Assembly: GCA_965223545.1 (NCBI GenBank)
Contig: OZ245006.1
Span: 2,848,001-2,912,000 of the forward strand
DNA length: 64,000 nucleotides
From: Planctomycetota bacterium
GTDB lineage: Bacteria; Planctomycetota; UBA1135; UBA2386
Reading direction: 5' to 3'
Made by a program: the position numbers and the translations under genes. The notes beneath the pieces were generated by a model, which worked only from the letters and a program-made list of their open reading frames with translations, was not told the DNA's origin and made no database searches. Positions within the stretch are counted from its first letter, which is position 1; each line of letters begins with the position of its first letter. This document shows positions 37,761 to 47,381 of this stretch, piece by piece.

Positions 37761-40700
37761 TCAGCGCAGGTCGGCCGAGCGGTCGGCCACGGCGTCGAAC
37801 CGGCCGGGCGGCTGCCGCGCGGCCCAGGCCATGGCGCGGAACAGCAGGCGCCGATAGAGCGGGTCGTTGTAGGTCCACGTGGCCTGACCGATCGCCAAGC
37901 CCACGACCCGAGCGTCCCCGGCGGCGTGCGTCCACAGAGCGGGGTGCTCGCTGCCGTCCTCCGCACGCGCCATCGCCAAGATCTCGACGCCGGCTCGGTC
38001 GCCGCGCAGCGGGAGGAGCTGGTCGAGGAACTCGACCCCCTCGAGCTCCAGCCCCGCCAGGATCGGATGCTCCGCCGCCGCGGCCTCGACGCGCAGGGTC
38101 ACGGTCTGCGACGTCCGCGGCAGCTCGACTTCGGGGTCCATGCTCAGGCCGACGTACGAGGCGACGGCGTCGCCGCGCAGCGCGGCGTTGACGAAGACGA
38201 GGCCCTTGCCCGCGTCGCGAATCTGCGCCAAGCCCTTCCACGCTCGCTCGGAGATCAACACTCCATCGCGATAGCAGACGGCGAGGTCGACCCCCTTGGC
38301 GCGAAAGATGTCCCAGTTGGCGTTGGGCACCACGACCTTGGTGTCCGGCGCTCCGCCGAGCAGAGTCTGCCACGCCTTCTGCCAGGTGAAGAATTCGTAC
38401 AGCCCTCCACCGCTGTCGGCCGAGGCGTCACCGAGCAGCAACAGCCGCAGCGCCGCCCGCCCGCTCTCCGAACTTGCGGGGCGCAGGCGCGCGGCCAGCT
38501 CTTCGGCGTCGCGAGCCGGGGGCCAACCGGGCCGATTCTCCGGCAGACGGCCAAAGGCCACCGGATCGAGCATCAAGTGATCCAACAGCTGCGCCATCCC
38601 GGTCTCGCCGAGGCGAGCGGCGAGACCGTCGGGCATCGTGGACATGGCGGTCGGCGTGAGCGACTCGATCGCCGCGGCGTCGATCTGGTGGGTCACACCG
38701 GCCGCGTCGGTCACCGCAACCTGCTCTCCCGCACGGGTGAGGAACCCCACGCGCTCGTTGCCGTCGGCCAGCTTCACTTCGTGCGTCACGTAGTCCGGAT
38801 TGATCGCCGCGCTCGGCTCGCGGATGTCGCGGATGACCGACGCGCGGTCGCGGTGTACCAGGTTGTCGAGGTTGGGCCCGCCGGGGTTGCCGACGCCGCG
38901 GTGCAAGTGGCACGCCGAGCATTGCGACAGAAACAGATCGCGGCCCGACACGAAGCCGCCGGCGACCGGCTCGTGCTCGACCGGTGGCGCGGCGGGCGGC
39001 CGCGCGCCCGCGCTCACCCAGGGGAGTAGCAGACGCTCGATGCCGACGGGGTCGCGCCAAGGCGCGTCTCCCACTCTCAGCGTCACGCGCCCGGTGGGCA
39101 ACGACGCGCTGCCGGTGGGCATGACGAGCTCGAGCGAGACCGGCGGCCGATCGGCTGCCGCCGCGATGCGCACCTCCCCCATTGCCGCGATCTCGCGACC
39201 GTCCACGCGAGCGCTGCTCCCCGGCGGCGCCTCGATCCGCAGCACGCAGTCCCCGGCGGGCAGGTCCACCTGGGTCTTCATCGTCAGGCGGCCGGGCTCG
39301 CGACAACGCGCCCAAAACGCCTCGTGCGCGGCGCTCCCCCGCGTCAAGACGTGGCTGGCACCGAGGTCGGTGTGCGGCAACCACACGGACTGCGCCGCGG
39401 CCTCGCCCTGCCAATGCGCGACCACTCCCGTCAGGGTGTAGTCGAGCTCGATCGACTGACCGACTGCGGCGGCGCCGTCGACGTCCGGCACCGGCAAGCG
39501 CAGGGCGAACCAGTTCCACGCGTGGGCCGCCGGCGTCGACGGAGTGCGCGCGAGATAGCTCGGGTGCGGATCGGTCCGCACCACCACCGTCCGGCCCTCG
39601 TCGGCGAGGGACACGCCTTTGACCGGCAGCCGGAACCTGCGGTCGCCGCCCTCTTCTTGGCGCGCCTGATAGCCGGGCTTCTTCGTCTCGAAGCGATCCC
39701 CGGCGCGCACGGCATCGCCGAAGGTCAGCTCCACCGCGGACAGATCGCCGAACGCTTCCGCCGGCAACGGCCGATCGAACGCCACGCGCACCTCGTCCTC
39801 CGCCGCGGCCCAGGCGATCACCGGCTGCGGCCGGTCCCTCCCCGTGTACCGCACCTTGAACAGCGCGCCCACGCCCTGCGGACCACTCCCCCAATCCGGG
39901 TCGCCGCCATGCCCGGCGACGACCAGGCCGTTGTCCGGCGTCAGGCACTGATCGACGATCAGGGTGTCCGCGACCGCCCAAGTGACGTTGCGCGCGACGT
40001 AGCCTTCGGGGGTCTTGGCCACCGGCGTGCGGAACAACCGGCCGCGGGAGAAGCCCGCCACCAAGGCATCGCCCCGCCACTCGTCCGGGCCGAAGCCGGC
40101 GCCACCGGCACTCCCCTCGTTGAACACCAACCCACACGTGCACTGGTGCTGAGGGCCGTAGTCGTAGAGCGACGCCGCGTCGTGGGCGTCGGGCAAGAAG
40201 CGCGGATGCCGCGGCGGGAAGCCGTAGTGCCGCCCGCGCTGGATGTGCAGCAGCTCGTCGAACGGATTGCCGTTCTTCAGCCACGTCGACCCCTCCTGGT
40301 CGGTGGCGAACAGGTCGCCGGCCGCGTTCAGCGCCAGCCCGACCGAGAACCGCACGCCGGTGCTGAGCTTCTCGCTGCGCCACCGCCCATCGGGGTTTTC
40401 TGGGTCGGGGCGCGCCACGTGGATCGCGCCGCGCACCGAGGCAGGGTCGTAGTGCGCGCGCCCGCCGCGACGCAGGTAGGGGTTGCTGAAGTCCGTCGTG
40501 CCGACCCCGTAGTAGATGCTGCCGTCCGGGGCGAACACCGCGCCGAACGCGTCGGTGCCCCCGCCCGAATTCCAGGGCTTCTCCCACCCGTCGGCGATCA
40601 CCACCTCGCGGTCGGCAACGTCGTCGCCATCGACGTCGAGCCACAGCGCCACCTTGCCGACGCCGGCGATCAGCACGCCATCACCGAGCGCGAAGCCCGG

Positions 40701-41069
40701 CGGCGTGACGTCGAGCCCGACCGGATGCTTGACCGGCTCGCGCAAGAACTCGCGCGCGTCGTCTTCCAAACCGTCGCCGTCGGTATCGCGCAGCAAGTAG
40801 ACGCGGCCGTTGTAGCCCATCGCCACCAGCGTGCCGTCGGCGCGATAGCGCACGTTGTTGACGTTCGGCAGCTCGACGGGGATGCGCTGCGCCTCGAAGC
40901 CGGGCACCAAGAACTCGATGGGCGCGTCGGCGTTTGCGCCGGGGTGGCGGGGTACGAGGTGCGCGACCTCGTAGGGCCAGGGTTGTTGCTGCTCGCCGCA
41001 TGCGGCGAAGAGCAGTGGTAGACCGCTCAAGAGAGTCCGAGCGGCGAGTGCTCGAGTCCTCACCGACAT
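37761..41069 (-). CDS. PVC-type heme-binding (CxxCH) beta-propeller dehydrogenase-like lipoprotein with C-terminal ThuA-like domain
   Basis: Lipobox LFAAC; DTDGDG propeller, DELLHIQRGRHYGFP; CSACH...GPNL...IREPSAAINPDY; ThuA-like tail. Confidence 0.8.
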   Translation of the reverse strand: MSVRTRALAARTLLSGLPLLFAACGEQQQPWPYEVAHLVPRHPGANADAPIEFLVPGFEAQRIPVELPNVNNVRYRADGTLVAMGYNGRVYLLRDTDGDGLEDDAREFLREPVKHPVGLDVTPPGFALGDGVLIAGVGKVALWLDVDGDDVADREVVIADGWEKPWNSGGGTDAFGAVFAPDGSIYYGVGTTDFSNPYLRRGGRAHYDPASVRGAIHVARPDPENPDGRWRSEKLSTGVRFSVGLALNAAGDLFATDQEGSTWLKNGNPFDELLHIQRGRHYGFPPRHPRFLPDAHDAASLYDYGPQHQCTCGLVFNEGSAGGAGFGPDEWRGDALVAGFSRGRLFRTPVAKTPEGYVARNVTWAVADTLIVDQCLTPDNGLVVAGHGGDPDWGSGPQGVGALFKVRYTGRDRPQPVIAWAAAEDEVRVAFDRPLPAEAFGDLSAVELTFGDAVRAGDRFETKKPGYQARQEEGGDRRFRLPVKGVSLADEGRTVVVRTDPHPSYLARTPSTPAAHAWNWFALRLPVPDVDGAAAVGQSIELDYTLTGVVAHWQGEAAAQSVWLPHTDLGASHVLTRGSAAHEAFWARCREPGRLTMKTQVDLPAGDCVLRIEAPPGSSARVDGREIAAMGEVRIAAAADRPPVSLELVMPTGSASLPTGRVTLRVGDAPWRDPVGIERLLLPWVSAGARPPAAPPVEHEPVAGGFVSGRDLFLSQCSACHLHRGVGNPGGPNLDNLVHRDRASVIRDIREPSAAINPDYVTHEVKLADGNERVGFLTRAGEQVAVTDAAGVTHQIDAAAIESLTPTAMSTMPDGLAARLGETGMAQLLDHLMLDPVAFGRLPENRPGWPPARDAEELAARLRPASSESGRAALRLLLLGDASADSGGGLYEFFTWQKAWQTLLGGAPDTKVVVPNANWDIFRAKGVDLAVCYRDGVLISERAWKGLAQIRDAGKGLVFVNAALRGDAVASYVGLSMDPEVELPRTSQTVTLRVEAAAAEHPILAGLELEGVEFLDQLLPLRGDRAGVEILAMARAEDGSEHPALWTHAAGDARVVGLAIGQATWTYNDPLYRRLLFRAMAWAARQPPGRFDAVADRSADLR

Positions 41070-41252
41070 TTGTTTCCCACGGTTCTCAGCCCTGCGTGAC
41101 ATTTCGTTTCGGTGGTGTCCAAGAGTCAATCGACCTTTCGGCGCAGATCTTACGGCGGCAGACGCACCCGTCTGTACCGTCCATGATGCCGGCGTTGTGC
41201 CGGGGGGCGATGGTCGCGTCCGAGTCGTCAGCATCGCCGCGACCGAGACCGG

Positions 41253-41657
41253 TCAGTAGTCCCCGCGAAGCACGAGTCTCGATCGCGCCGCCAACTCCTT
41301 CTCAATCGCCATTTTGCGACTCTTGGTGAGCGCTGGCTCGATCCCATCACCCGGGTGCGGCCACCCACCGATCTCAACGTGTCGCTCGTAGGTCACGTCG
41401 TCGCGAACGGCCGTCAGCCCAGCATCGCGCACGTCGCGGACCGAGAGTGCTGCCCAGCCCTTCAAACTGGCGACGCGACCGGGTGAAACATACTCTTCGG
41501 CGATCGATTCGATCTCTCTCGGGCCGATTCCATCCGTCTGACATGCAGACGTGAACCCGTCGAACGCACGACTCCTAACGACACGTCTCTCCTTGCCGTA
41601 CGCCTTCTTCGAGTAAATGAAGTTCGCAATCTCCGAGTCTGGCTTCAGGACGCACAT
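41253..41657 (-). CDS. Hypothetical protein, possible ADP-ribosyltransferase-fold toxin
   Basis: Overlaps the upstream gene; FIYSK..V...AF...S...GL....D....RHVEIGGWP pattern; fold assignment is inference. Confidence 0.55.
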   Translation of the reverse strand: MCVLKPDSEIANFIYSKKAYGKERRVVRSRAFDGFTSACQTDGIGPREIESIAEEYVSPGRVASLKGWAALSVRDVRDAGLTAVRDDVTYERHVEIGGWPHPGDGIEPALTKSRKMAIEKELAARSRLVLRGDY

Positions 41658-42148
41658 GGCCGACGTCGCGATGCGAATCGGACGAGGTTGACCTGAAGTT
41701 CGGGCGGCCACTCGCCCCCGAACCTAACCGATCCGTTCTGTCTCGAACACGCGAAGCGGCAGGCGTAACTGACGCCACCTCCCTCGTTGAGGCTGACCTC
41801 GAACGTCCATTCGGAGTCATCGAACCACTCCATACGGATATCGCCGTCGGTGTCGGCAAACACATCAGGCTCCGGGAAACCAGGGGGAATCGCTTCAACG
41901 AACTTCCTGGCCAGCGCCACAGTCTCAGTGCTCACCGCGGGCGAGCCCCGCCCGTCCCAATTCTCAGTCGACGCCTCGAGAGCGACACGATCCAACTCGG
42001 CCAGCGCTTCGAGGTTGGATTTCGCGCTGGAATAGGAACTACCGCCAGACTGGTCGAACCCGCATTCTACCTTGGAGGCGGTCGCGCTCGGTGCGAGCGC
42101 GAAGAACAATCCAGTGGCCAAGGGCGCGCGATTCAGGACCCGACTCAT
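41645..42148 (-). CDS. Hypothetical protein (NWDGRGS...DGDI.MEW motif), possible antitoxin
   Basis: ATGA overlap with the TIGR04255-like gene; acidic domain with NWDG..S.AVS and PDVFADTDGDIRMEW. Confidence 0.65.
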   Translation of the reverse strand: MSRVLNRAPLATGLFFALAPSATASKVECGFDQSGGSSYSSAKSNLEALAELDRVALEASTENWDGRGSPAVSTETVALARKFVEAIPPGFPEPDVFADTDGDIRMEWFDDSEWTFEVSLNEGGGVSYACRFACSRQNGSVRFGGEWPPELQVNLVRFASRRRPCAS

Positions 42149-42876
42149 TCGTATCTCTCGATCACCTTATCGGTCAGCGTGCTAAAGAAGACAGAGTTCT
42201 TCAGCTCGCGCAGTTCACCGAGAACAGGAAGCAGGCTCTCTTCCTCGGACTTGAACGACCCCGCCTCGAAGGCATCGATGTCCAAACGAACGGCGAACCC
42301 TCCGTCAGCCGGGAGCATGGCCTGGGTCACGAAAACCGCGCGATGCTCCGTCACTCGATGTAGCGTCCGAAGCTCATACTGCATCACATCCGACGGAACG
42401 CCATCGGGTCCGCGCAGGGGCGCTTCGAAGATTTCGTCGAGACTGAACTCGCCGCGCTTGAACGTCATGTGGTTGATGTAGCGCACAGCAACGCGCGAGA
42501 CGTTGCCAATCGGACCGAGCTCGTCGACGTAGGCCGACCAACCCCTCATGGCGTTACCGACAACGTGTTCCCAATCTGTGTAGGGCTTCAGCCTGCTGAA
42601 CGTGAAGCCGTTGATGCGAAATTGCACGACTTCGCTCTCTTGCCGGAAGTGAAACCCGACGAGCGCGTGGTCCACCTCTCCTGGGTCGGACTGCACGCGA
42701 GATCGAAACCTCGCCACGAAGTCCTGCTGAACCTCGACGATGGGGAACTCGCGTGCGCCGACCGAGTCATGGAGCCGGTCCTTATCGTCAACCGAGATCG
42801 ACACGGAATCTGCTAGCCTCAGGTCGATCACAGCTTCCGTGATCGGAGCGTTCTTCAGCTTGCGCTGACTACCCAT
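42145..42876 (-). CDS. TIGR04255-family protein
   Basis: LKNAPITEAVIDLR...FTFSRLKPYTDWE...RVAVRYIN...LDID...LRELKNSVFFSTLT signature. Confidence 0.8.
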   Translation of the reverse strand: MGSQRKLKNAPITEAVIDLRLADSVSISVDDKDRLHDSVGAREFPIVEVQQDFVARFRSRVQSDPGEVDHALVGFHFRQESEVVQFRINGFTFSRLKPYTDWEHVVGNAMRGWSAYVDELGPIGNVSRVAVRYINHMTFKRGEFSLDEIFEAPLRGPDGVPSDVMQYELRTLHRVTEHRAVFVTQAMLPADGGFAVRLDIDAFEAGSFKSEEESLLPVLGELRELKNSVFFSTLTDKVIERYE

Positions 42877-43282
42877 TCGATGAGCCCGCGGGTTCCATGG
42901 CCGCAACTCTAGGATTGCAGAGTCTTCCCCCACACCAGCACTCCCAAGTTTCTCCAGGCTGTCTCGTCAAGAGTGGCGCGAACATGCGGCCATGGCGTGA
43001 AGGCGGGTTCGTCCTCCGCCAACGTAGTGGCACACCGAGCCTCGGTGGTCACATGCGAGAGGCCTTGGCTCACCCGTTCACCTCATCGCTCCAAAGTTCC
43101 CGATCGCGCTAGCAGTGGTGTGAATCAGGAATCTGCGGCATTCTCCGAGGCCATCCGCGGCCATCGCGGCGTTGCTGCGTTCCTGCGTCCTCGACGTATC
43201 CACCGATATGCCTGCGGCGCAGCGCGTACTCGCGCCGCGACCCGACGCGCAAGTCGCGCCGACGGCCGCTTCGGGACGAAGT

Positions 43283-43308
43283 GCCGTAAACCCGTGAGGG
43301 TTTACGGC
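43283..43308 (-). terminator. Stem-loop just downstream of tRNA-Asp
   Basis: GCCGTAAACCC-GTGA-GGGTTTACGGC, a perfect 11-bp stem. Confidence 0.6.
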
Positions 43309-43315
43309 CTTCGAA

Positions 43316-43392
<77 letters not shown>

Positions 43393-43520
43393 AGACCAGG
43401 GGGCTGCAGACTCTAGCGCCGCCCCCTCGAGTTGCAAGCGCGTTCGAGCCGCGGATCCGCGCCCCTCCGCCGCACGCTCGCCACCCGCGCGCCCGCCGCG
43501 CACGACGTATTCTCCCGGCC

Positions 43521-44519
43521 GTGCTGAGCATCGGTTTCGTCGGCGCCGAGCCGCTGGCCACGCCCCATCTGTCGGTCGACGGCATGACGGTGTCGGGGCC
43601 CAACTTGTCACACTGGCCGGGCAACCGGACGCCGGCGCGCTACAAGGCCGATCTCAGCACCGGCATCTGTCTGGCGTTCGCGCGGGCGCCGGCGGAGGAG
43701 CGCGCGGCGTTCTTGGCGGGGGCGCGCATGGTCGTCAACGACCACTTCGATACCGATGGGTTCTTGTCGATGCTGGCCGTCACCAGGCCCGACGTGGCGT
43801 TGCCGCGGGCGGCGCTGTGTCTCGAGGCGGCCGCCACCGGGGACTACCAGGCCTACCAGGGCGAGGCCGGCTTCGCCGTCGACCGCATCGTGCTGGGGCT
43901 GCTGCGCCACCCGCGATCGCCGCTGGCGGCCGAGCTGCCGGCGATGTCGCCGCCGCACCGCGCGCTGCGCGGCTATCGCTGGTTGCTGGAGAACGCCACG
44001 TTGGTGCTCGACCAGCCGCAGGAGCTGGCGTTCCTTTGGCGCGACGAGCATGCGCGGATCACCGCGGAGCTGGCGGCGGCGCGGGCCGGCGCGCTGCGGC
44101 GGCAGGAGTTCGGCAGCGCCGGGCTCGCGGTGCTCACCAGCGAGGGCGACGTCGCGCGGATGGTGCTCAACACGTGCGCCGGCGCGTTCCGCGTCCTGCA
44201 CGTCCAGGGCGGCGAAGGCGGCCCGCGCTACCGCTACCACGACCGCACCGAGAGCTGGTTCGAAGTGGTCACCTTCCGGCCGCCCCCGCGCCGGGATCTG
44301 CGGCCGCTGGCGGCGCGCCTCGAGCACCTGGAGCGGCGGGCGACCTCCGCCCCCACCGGTCAGTGGTGCGCCGACCCGCCCGACGACCCGGTCCCGGAGC
44401 TCTACTTCGGCGCGCCGGCGGCTCAGGAGTATGGGGAGATCACGCGCACGCTGACACCGAGCGCCCTCGCACCGGGGCTCGTGGCGGAGGTCCTGGCCGC
44501 GGGGTTGGACATTCCCTGA
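43521..44519 (+). CDS. DUF6687-like (DHH-phosphoesterase-like) protein
   Basis: SVDG...LSHWPGNRTP...ADLST...NDHFDTDG motifs. Confidence 0.65.
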   Translation: MLSIGFVGAEPLATPHLSVDGMTVSGPNLSHWPGNRTPARYKADLSTGICLAFARAPAEERAAFLAGARMVVNDHFDTDGFLSMLAVTRPDVALPRAALCLEAAATGDYQAYQGEAGFAVDRIVLGLLRHPRSPLAAELPAMSPPHRALRGYRWLLENATLVLDQPQELAFLWRDEHARITAELAAARAGALRRQEFGSAGLAVLTSEGDVARMVLNTCAGAFRVLHVQGGEGGPRYRYHDRTESWFEVVTFRPPPRRDLRPLAARLEHLERRATSAPTGQWCADPPDDPVPELYFGAPAAQEYGEITRTLTPSALAPGLVAEVLAAGLDIP

Positions 44520-44657
44520 ACTCCGCGGAATGCCGCCGCCGCTGGGCGGTAGGTCGCCCGGATCGGCCTGGGCCGGCGGCGCAATGGAGTGCCGCGCCCG
44601 CGCCGGACTGGAACTAGAATCCCGATCGGGTCGACTCCCCGATTCACGAGCAGACCA

Positions 44658-45911
44658 ATGCGACGATCCCTCATCCTCGGACTCACTCTGACCTCACTCG
44701 CCACGCCGCTCTTCAGCCAGGGCTCGGCGCTCGTCGTCCGCACGACGCAGGAGCGCCTGGCGCGGCGGATGAACGATTCGATGGGCGATGGCACCGACGT
44801 CCCCGCCCTGCAGGAGGGCGAAGTCTGGGAGGTCCTGCTCGACGACGGCGGCCGCGCAGTGGTCCGCGCCGCGCAGGCCGAGGGCCACCTCCTCGAGCTC
44901 CGCGCCCGCCCCGCCGCCCTGATGGAGCTGTTTGCCGACGAGGTCCGCCGCTCACAACGGATGGCGGATGGGATGGCGACACTGGCCCTCGGCCGGATGG
45001 GCGTGCAGCCCAAGGACGCCATCGGCATGGCGCGCGCCGTGTTCGCCTGGCCCAAGCAGTGCGACACGTTCGCGCTGCGCATCGACGCCGACCCCGACGA
45101 TCCCGGTGCAGGCTTCCACGCCCAAGTGTCGATGACGCCTGCGGCAGAGAGCGACTTCGCCGGCCTCTTGCAGAAGCTGACGCCGGCGGGGGAGGGCGCG
45201 CCGCGGCTCACGCAGACCAACGCGACCATGGCGATGCGCTTCGCGCTCGATTTCGGACAGTTGTCGGGCGCGCTGACGGCGATGACGGAGTTCATGGCTT
45301 CGATCGGCGCACCTTCGGCCGAGGCCGCCGAGCAGCGCAATGCGATGATGCAGCGGTACTGGGACGCGCTCGGCAACGGGTTCTCGATGGCGATGGACTT
45401 CGACAGCGGAGAGCTGCAGTTCATCTCCCGCGTCGCCGACGCGGCAGCCATGCGCGACATCATCGCGACCGAGGAGTTCACCGCCTGGACGAGCTCCGTG
45501 GCGACGATGGCACCCGGCCTCGAAGCCGAGGTCGAGCGCGACGCCCTGGTGCACCGCGACGTGTCGCTGCTGCGCACGACCTTGACGACCGACGATCCCG
45601 ACGCGATGCCCAGCCCGATGCTCAAGAACGGGCGGTCGGTATCGCATTCCGGCCTGGCCGGCGAGTTCTTGATCGGCACCACCGGCCTCGCCCCGGAGGC
45701 CATCACGCGGTTGATCGATCGCGCGCTCGACGGTGAGATCGAGTTGCGCCCGCTCGCCGAGAACATGATCGGCGAGGTCGAGGTGCGGTTCCGCGACCTG
45801 GTCGAGTCGAGCGGGCAGGGTCAGGTCCCGACCGATAGCATGCCGCAGACGGTCGAGATCAAGATCGGCAACCCCGGGAACGCACTGCTGATCGACATCC
45901 GCGGGGCGTGA
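44658..45911 (+). CDS. Secreted hypothetical protein
   Basis: Signal MRRSLILGLTLTSLATPLFSQ; long ORF with host-like codon pattern. Confidence 0.7.
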   Translation: MRRSLILGLTLTSLATPLFSQGSALVVRTTQERLARRMNDSMGDGTDVPALQEGEVWEVLLDDGGRAVVRAAQAEGHLLELRARPAALMELFADEVRRSQRMADGMATLALGRMGVQPKDAIGMARAVFAWPKQCDTFALRIDADPDDPGAGFHAQVSMTPAAESDFAGLLQKLTPAGEGAPRLTQTNATMAMRFALDFGQLSGALTAMTEFMASIGAPSAEAAEQRNAMMQRYWDALGNGFSMAMDFDSGELQFISRVADAAAMRDIIATEEFTAWTSSVATMAPGLEAEVERDALVHRDVSLLRTTLTTDDPDAMPSPMLKNGRSVSHSGLAGEFLIGTTGLAPEAITRLIDRALDGEIELRPLAENMIGEVEVRFRDLVESSGQGQVPTDSMPQTVEIKIGNPGNALLIDIRGA

Positions 45912-45963
45912 TGCTCAGCGCAGCCGAGCACGCAGCCAAGGGCCGAGCGTTTCGCGGCGGCAC

Positions 45964-46893
45964 ATGAGCTCGCTCTACGCGATCCACAAGGTGCGCGCGT
46001 TCTTGCGCGGCACGCTCGGCATCGCCGCGATCGTGTTCGGCGTCCTCATCAAGCAGCCCGTCGTCACTTTTGTCGTCGTCGCCTACGGCACGCTCGTGGC
46101 GGCTTCGGCCTATACACGACTGATCCGCATCTACGCGCAGGAGCAGCGCAGCCCGGACTTGTTCCGCCAGGCGCACGAGAGCTTCGCGCGGGCCAGCCTG
46201 CCGCGGCAGGTGTTCTGGTTGTTGTTCGCCGTCGCCGAAGCCGATGGCCGGCCCGAGAACGACGAGCGCGAGCTGGTCCGCAAGTTCCTGCTCGAGCGCT
46301 TCGTCGACCCGATCACCACGCATGACCTGCGCACCTGGGAGGCGCAGCGCATTCCGCCGGAACAAGTGGGAGCCCTGGCGATGCAAGTGCGCCGCGTGCT
46401 GCTGCCCGCCGAGTGCGAGACCATCTTCTACTGGGCTTGTTTGGTGGCGTTCGCCGACGGCACCTTCCGTCCGCTCGAGCACGAGGCTCTGCAGGACGTG
46501 TCCAAGGGTCTCGGGCTCGACCCCCAACAGGCGCGCGCGGTGTTCCACCACGCCAAGGCGCGAGTGCTCGGCGGCGGCGACCCCAGCGGCACGCGCACGT
46601 GGGGCCGGGCCAACAGCAACGGCTGGCAGCACGGTCCGCGCGGGGCGCACTACGGCGGCCAGCGCCACGACCGCGCGGGGCAGGGTTCCCGACGCGCCCC
46701 GACCCGGGTGCAGGCGTTGGCGATGCTCGGTCTCGAGGGCGACCCCTCCGACGACGACATCCGCAAGCGCCACCGCGAGCTGGTCAAGCGCTATCACCCC
46801 GACGCGCACGCGCACCTCGGCGAGGTCGCGGCGGCCGAGGCCGCCAAGCGCTTCCGCGAGGTGCAGAAGGCCTACGAGTATCTCGTGCCCTGA
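45964..46893 (+). CDS. DjlA-like co-chaperone (TM + TerB-like + J domain)
   Basis: VAEADG..E and VAFADG..E TerB-like motifs; LGL...IRKRHRELVKRYHPD...VQKAYEYL J domain. Confidence 0.85.
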   Translation: MSSLYAIHKVRAFLRGTLGIAAIVFGVLIKQPVVTFVVVAYGTLVAASAYTRLIRIYAQEQRSPDLFRQAHESFARASLPRQVFWLLFAVAEADGRPENDERELVRKFLLERFVDPITTHDLRTWEAQRIPPEQVGALAMQVRRVLLPAECETIFYWACLVAFADGTFRPLEHEALQDVSKGLGLDPQQARAVFHHAKARVLGGGDPSGTRTWGRANSNGWQHGPRGAHYGGQRHDRAGQGSRRAPTRVQALAMLGLEGDPSDDDIRKRHRELVKRYHPDAHAHLGEVAAAEAAKRFREVQKAYEYLVP

Positions 46894-46925
46894 CCGCGGC
46901 GGCGATTCGCGTATTCTCGAGCTCC

Positions 46926-47342
46926 ATGGTCACGATTGACGCGCGCTACGAAGGCACGCTGCGCTGCACCGCCCGTCACGGTCCGTCCGGCGCGGCCCTC
47001 ACCACCGATGCCCCGGTCGACAACCACGGCCGCGGCGAGGCGTTCTCCCCCACCGATCTGTTGGCGACGGCGCTCGCCACGTGCGCGATGACCATCATGG
47101 GCATCGTGGCGCAGCGCGAGGGCATCGACCTCGCCGGCATGACCGCGCGCGTCGACAAGCACATGGCCGCCGACCCGCGCCGCGTCTCGGCGTTGCCGGT
47201 CACGTTTCGCATCCCGACCGCGCTCGACGAGCGGCAGCGCGCGACGCTGGAAGCGGCCGCGCGCGGCTGCCCGGTGGCGCGCAGCCTGCACGCGGATCTG
47301 ACGCAGACGCTGCGCTTCGAGTACGGGGCTGAGACCGGGTAG
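46926..47342 (+). CDS. OsmC-family protein
   Basis: TDAPVDNHGRGEAFSPTDLLATALATC...CPVARSL. Confidence 0.9.
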   Translation: MVTIDARYEGTLRCTARHGPSGAALTTDAPVDNHGRGEAFSPTDLLATALATCAMTIMGIVAQREGIDLAGMTARVDKHMAADPRRVSALPVTFRIPTALDERQRATLEAAARGCPVARSLHADLTQTLRFEYGAETG

Positions 47343-47381
47343 AAGAGTCGGCGGGTGATGAACGGGAGCCTGACCTGAAAC

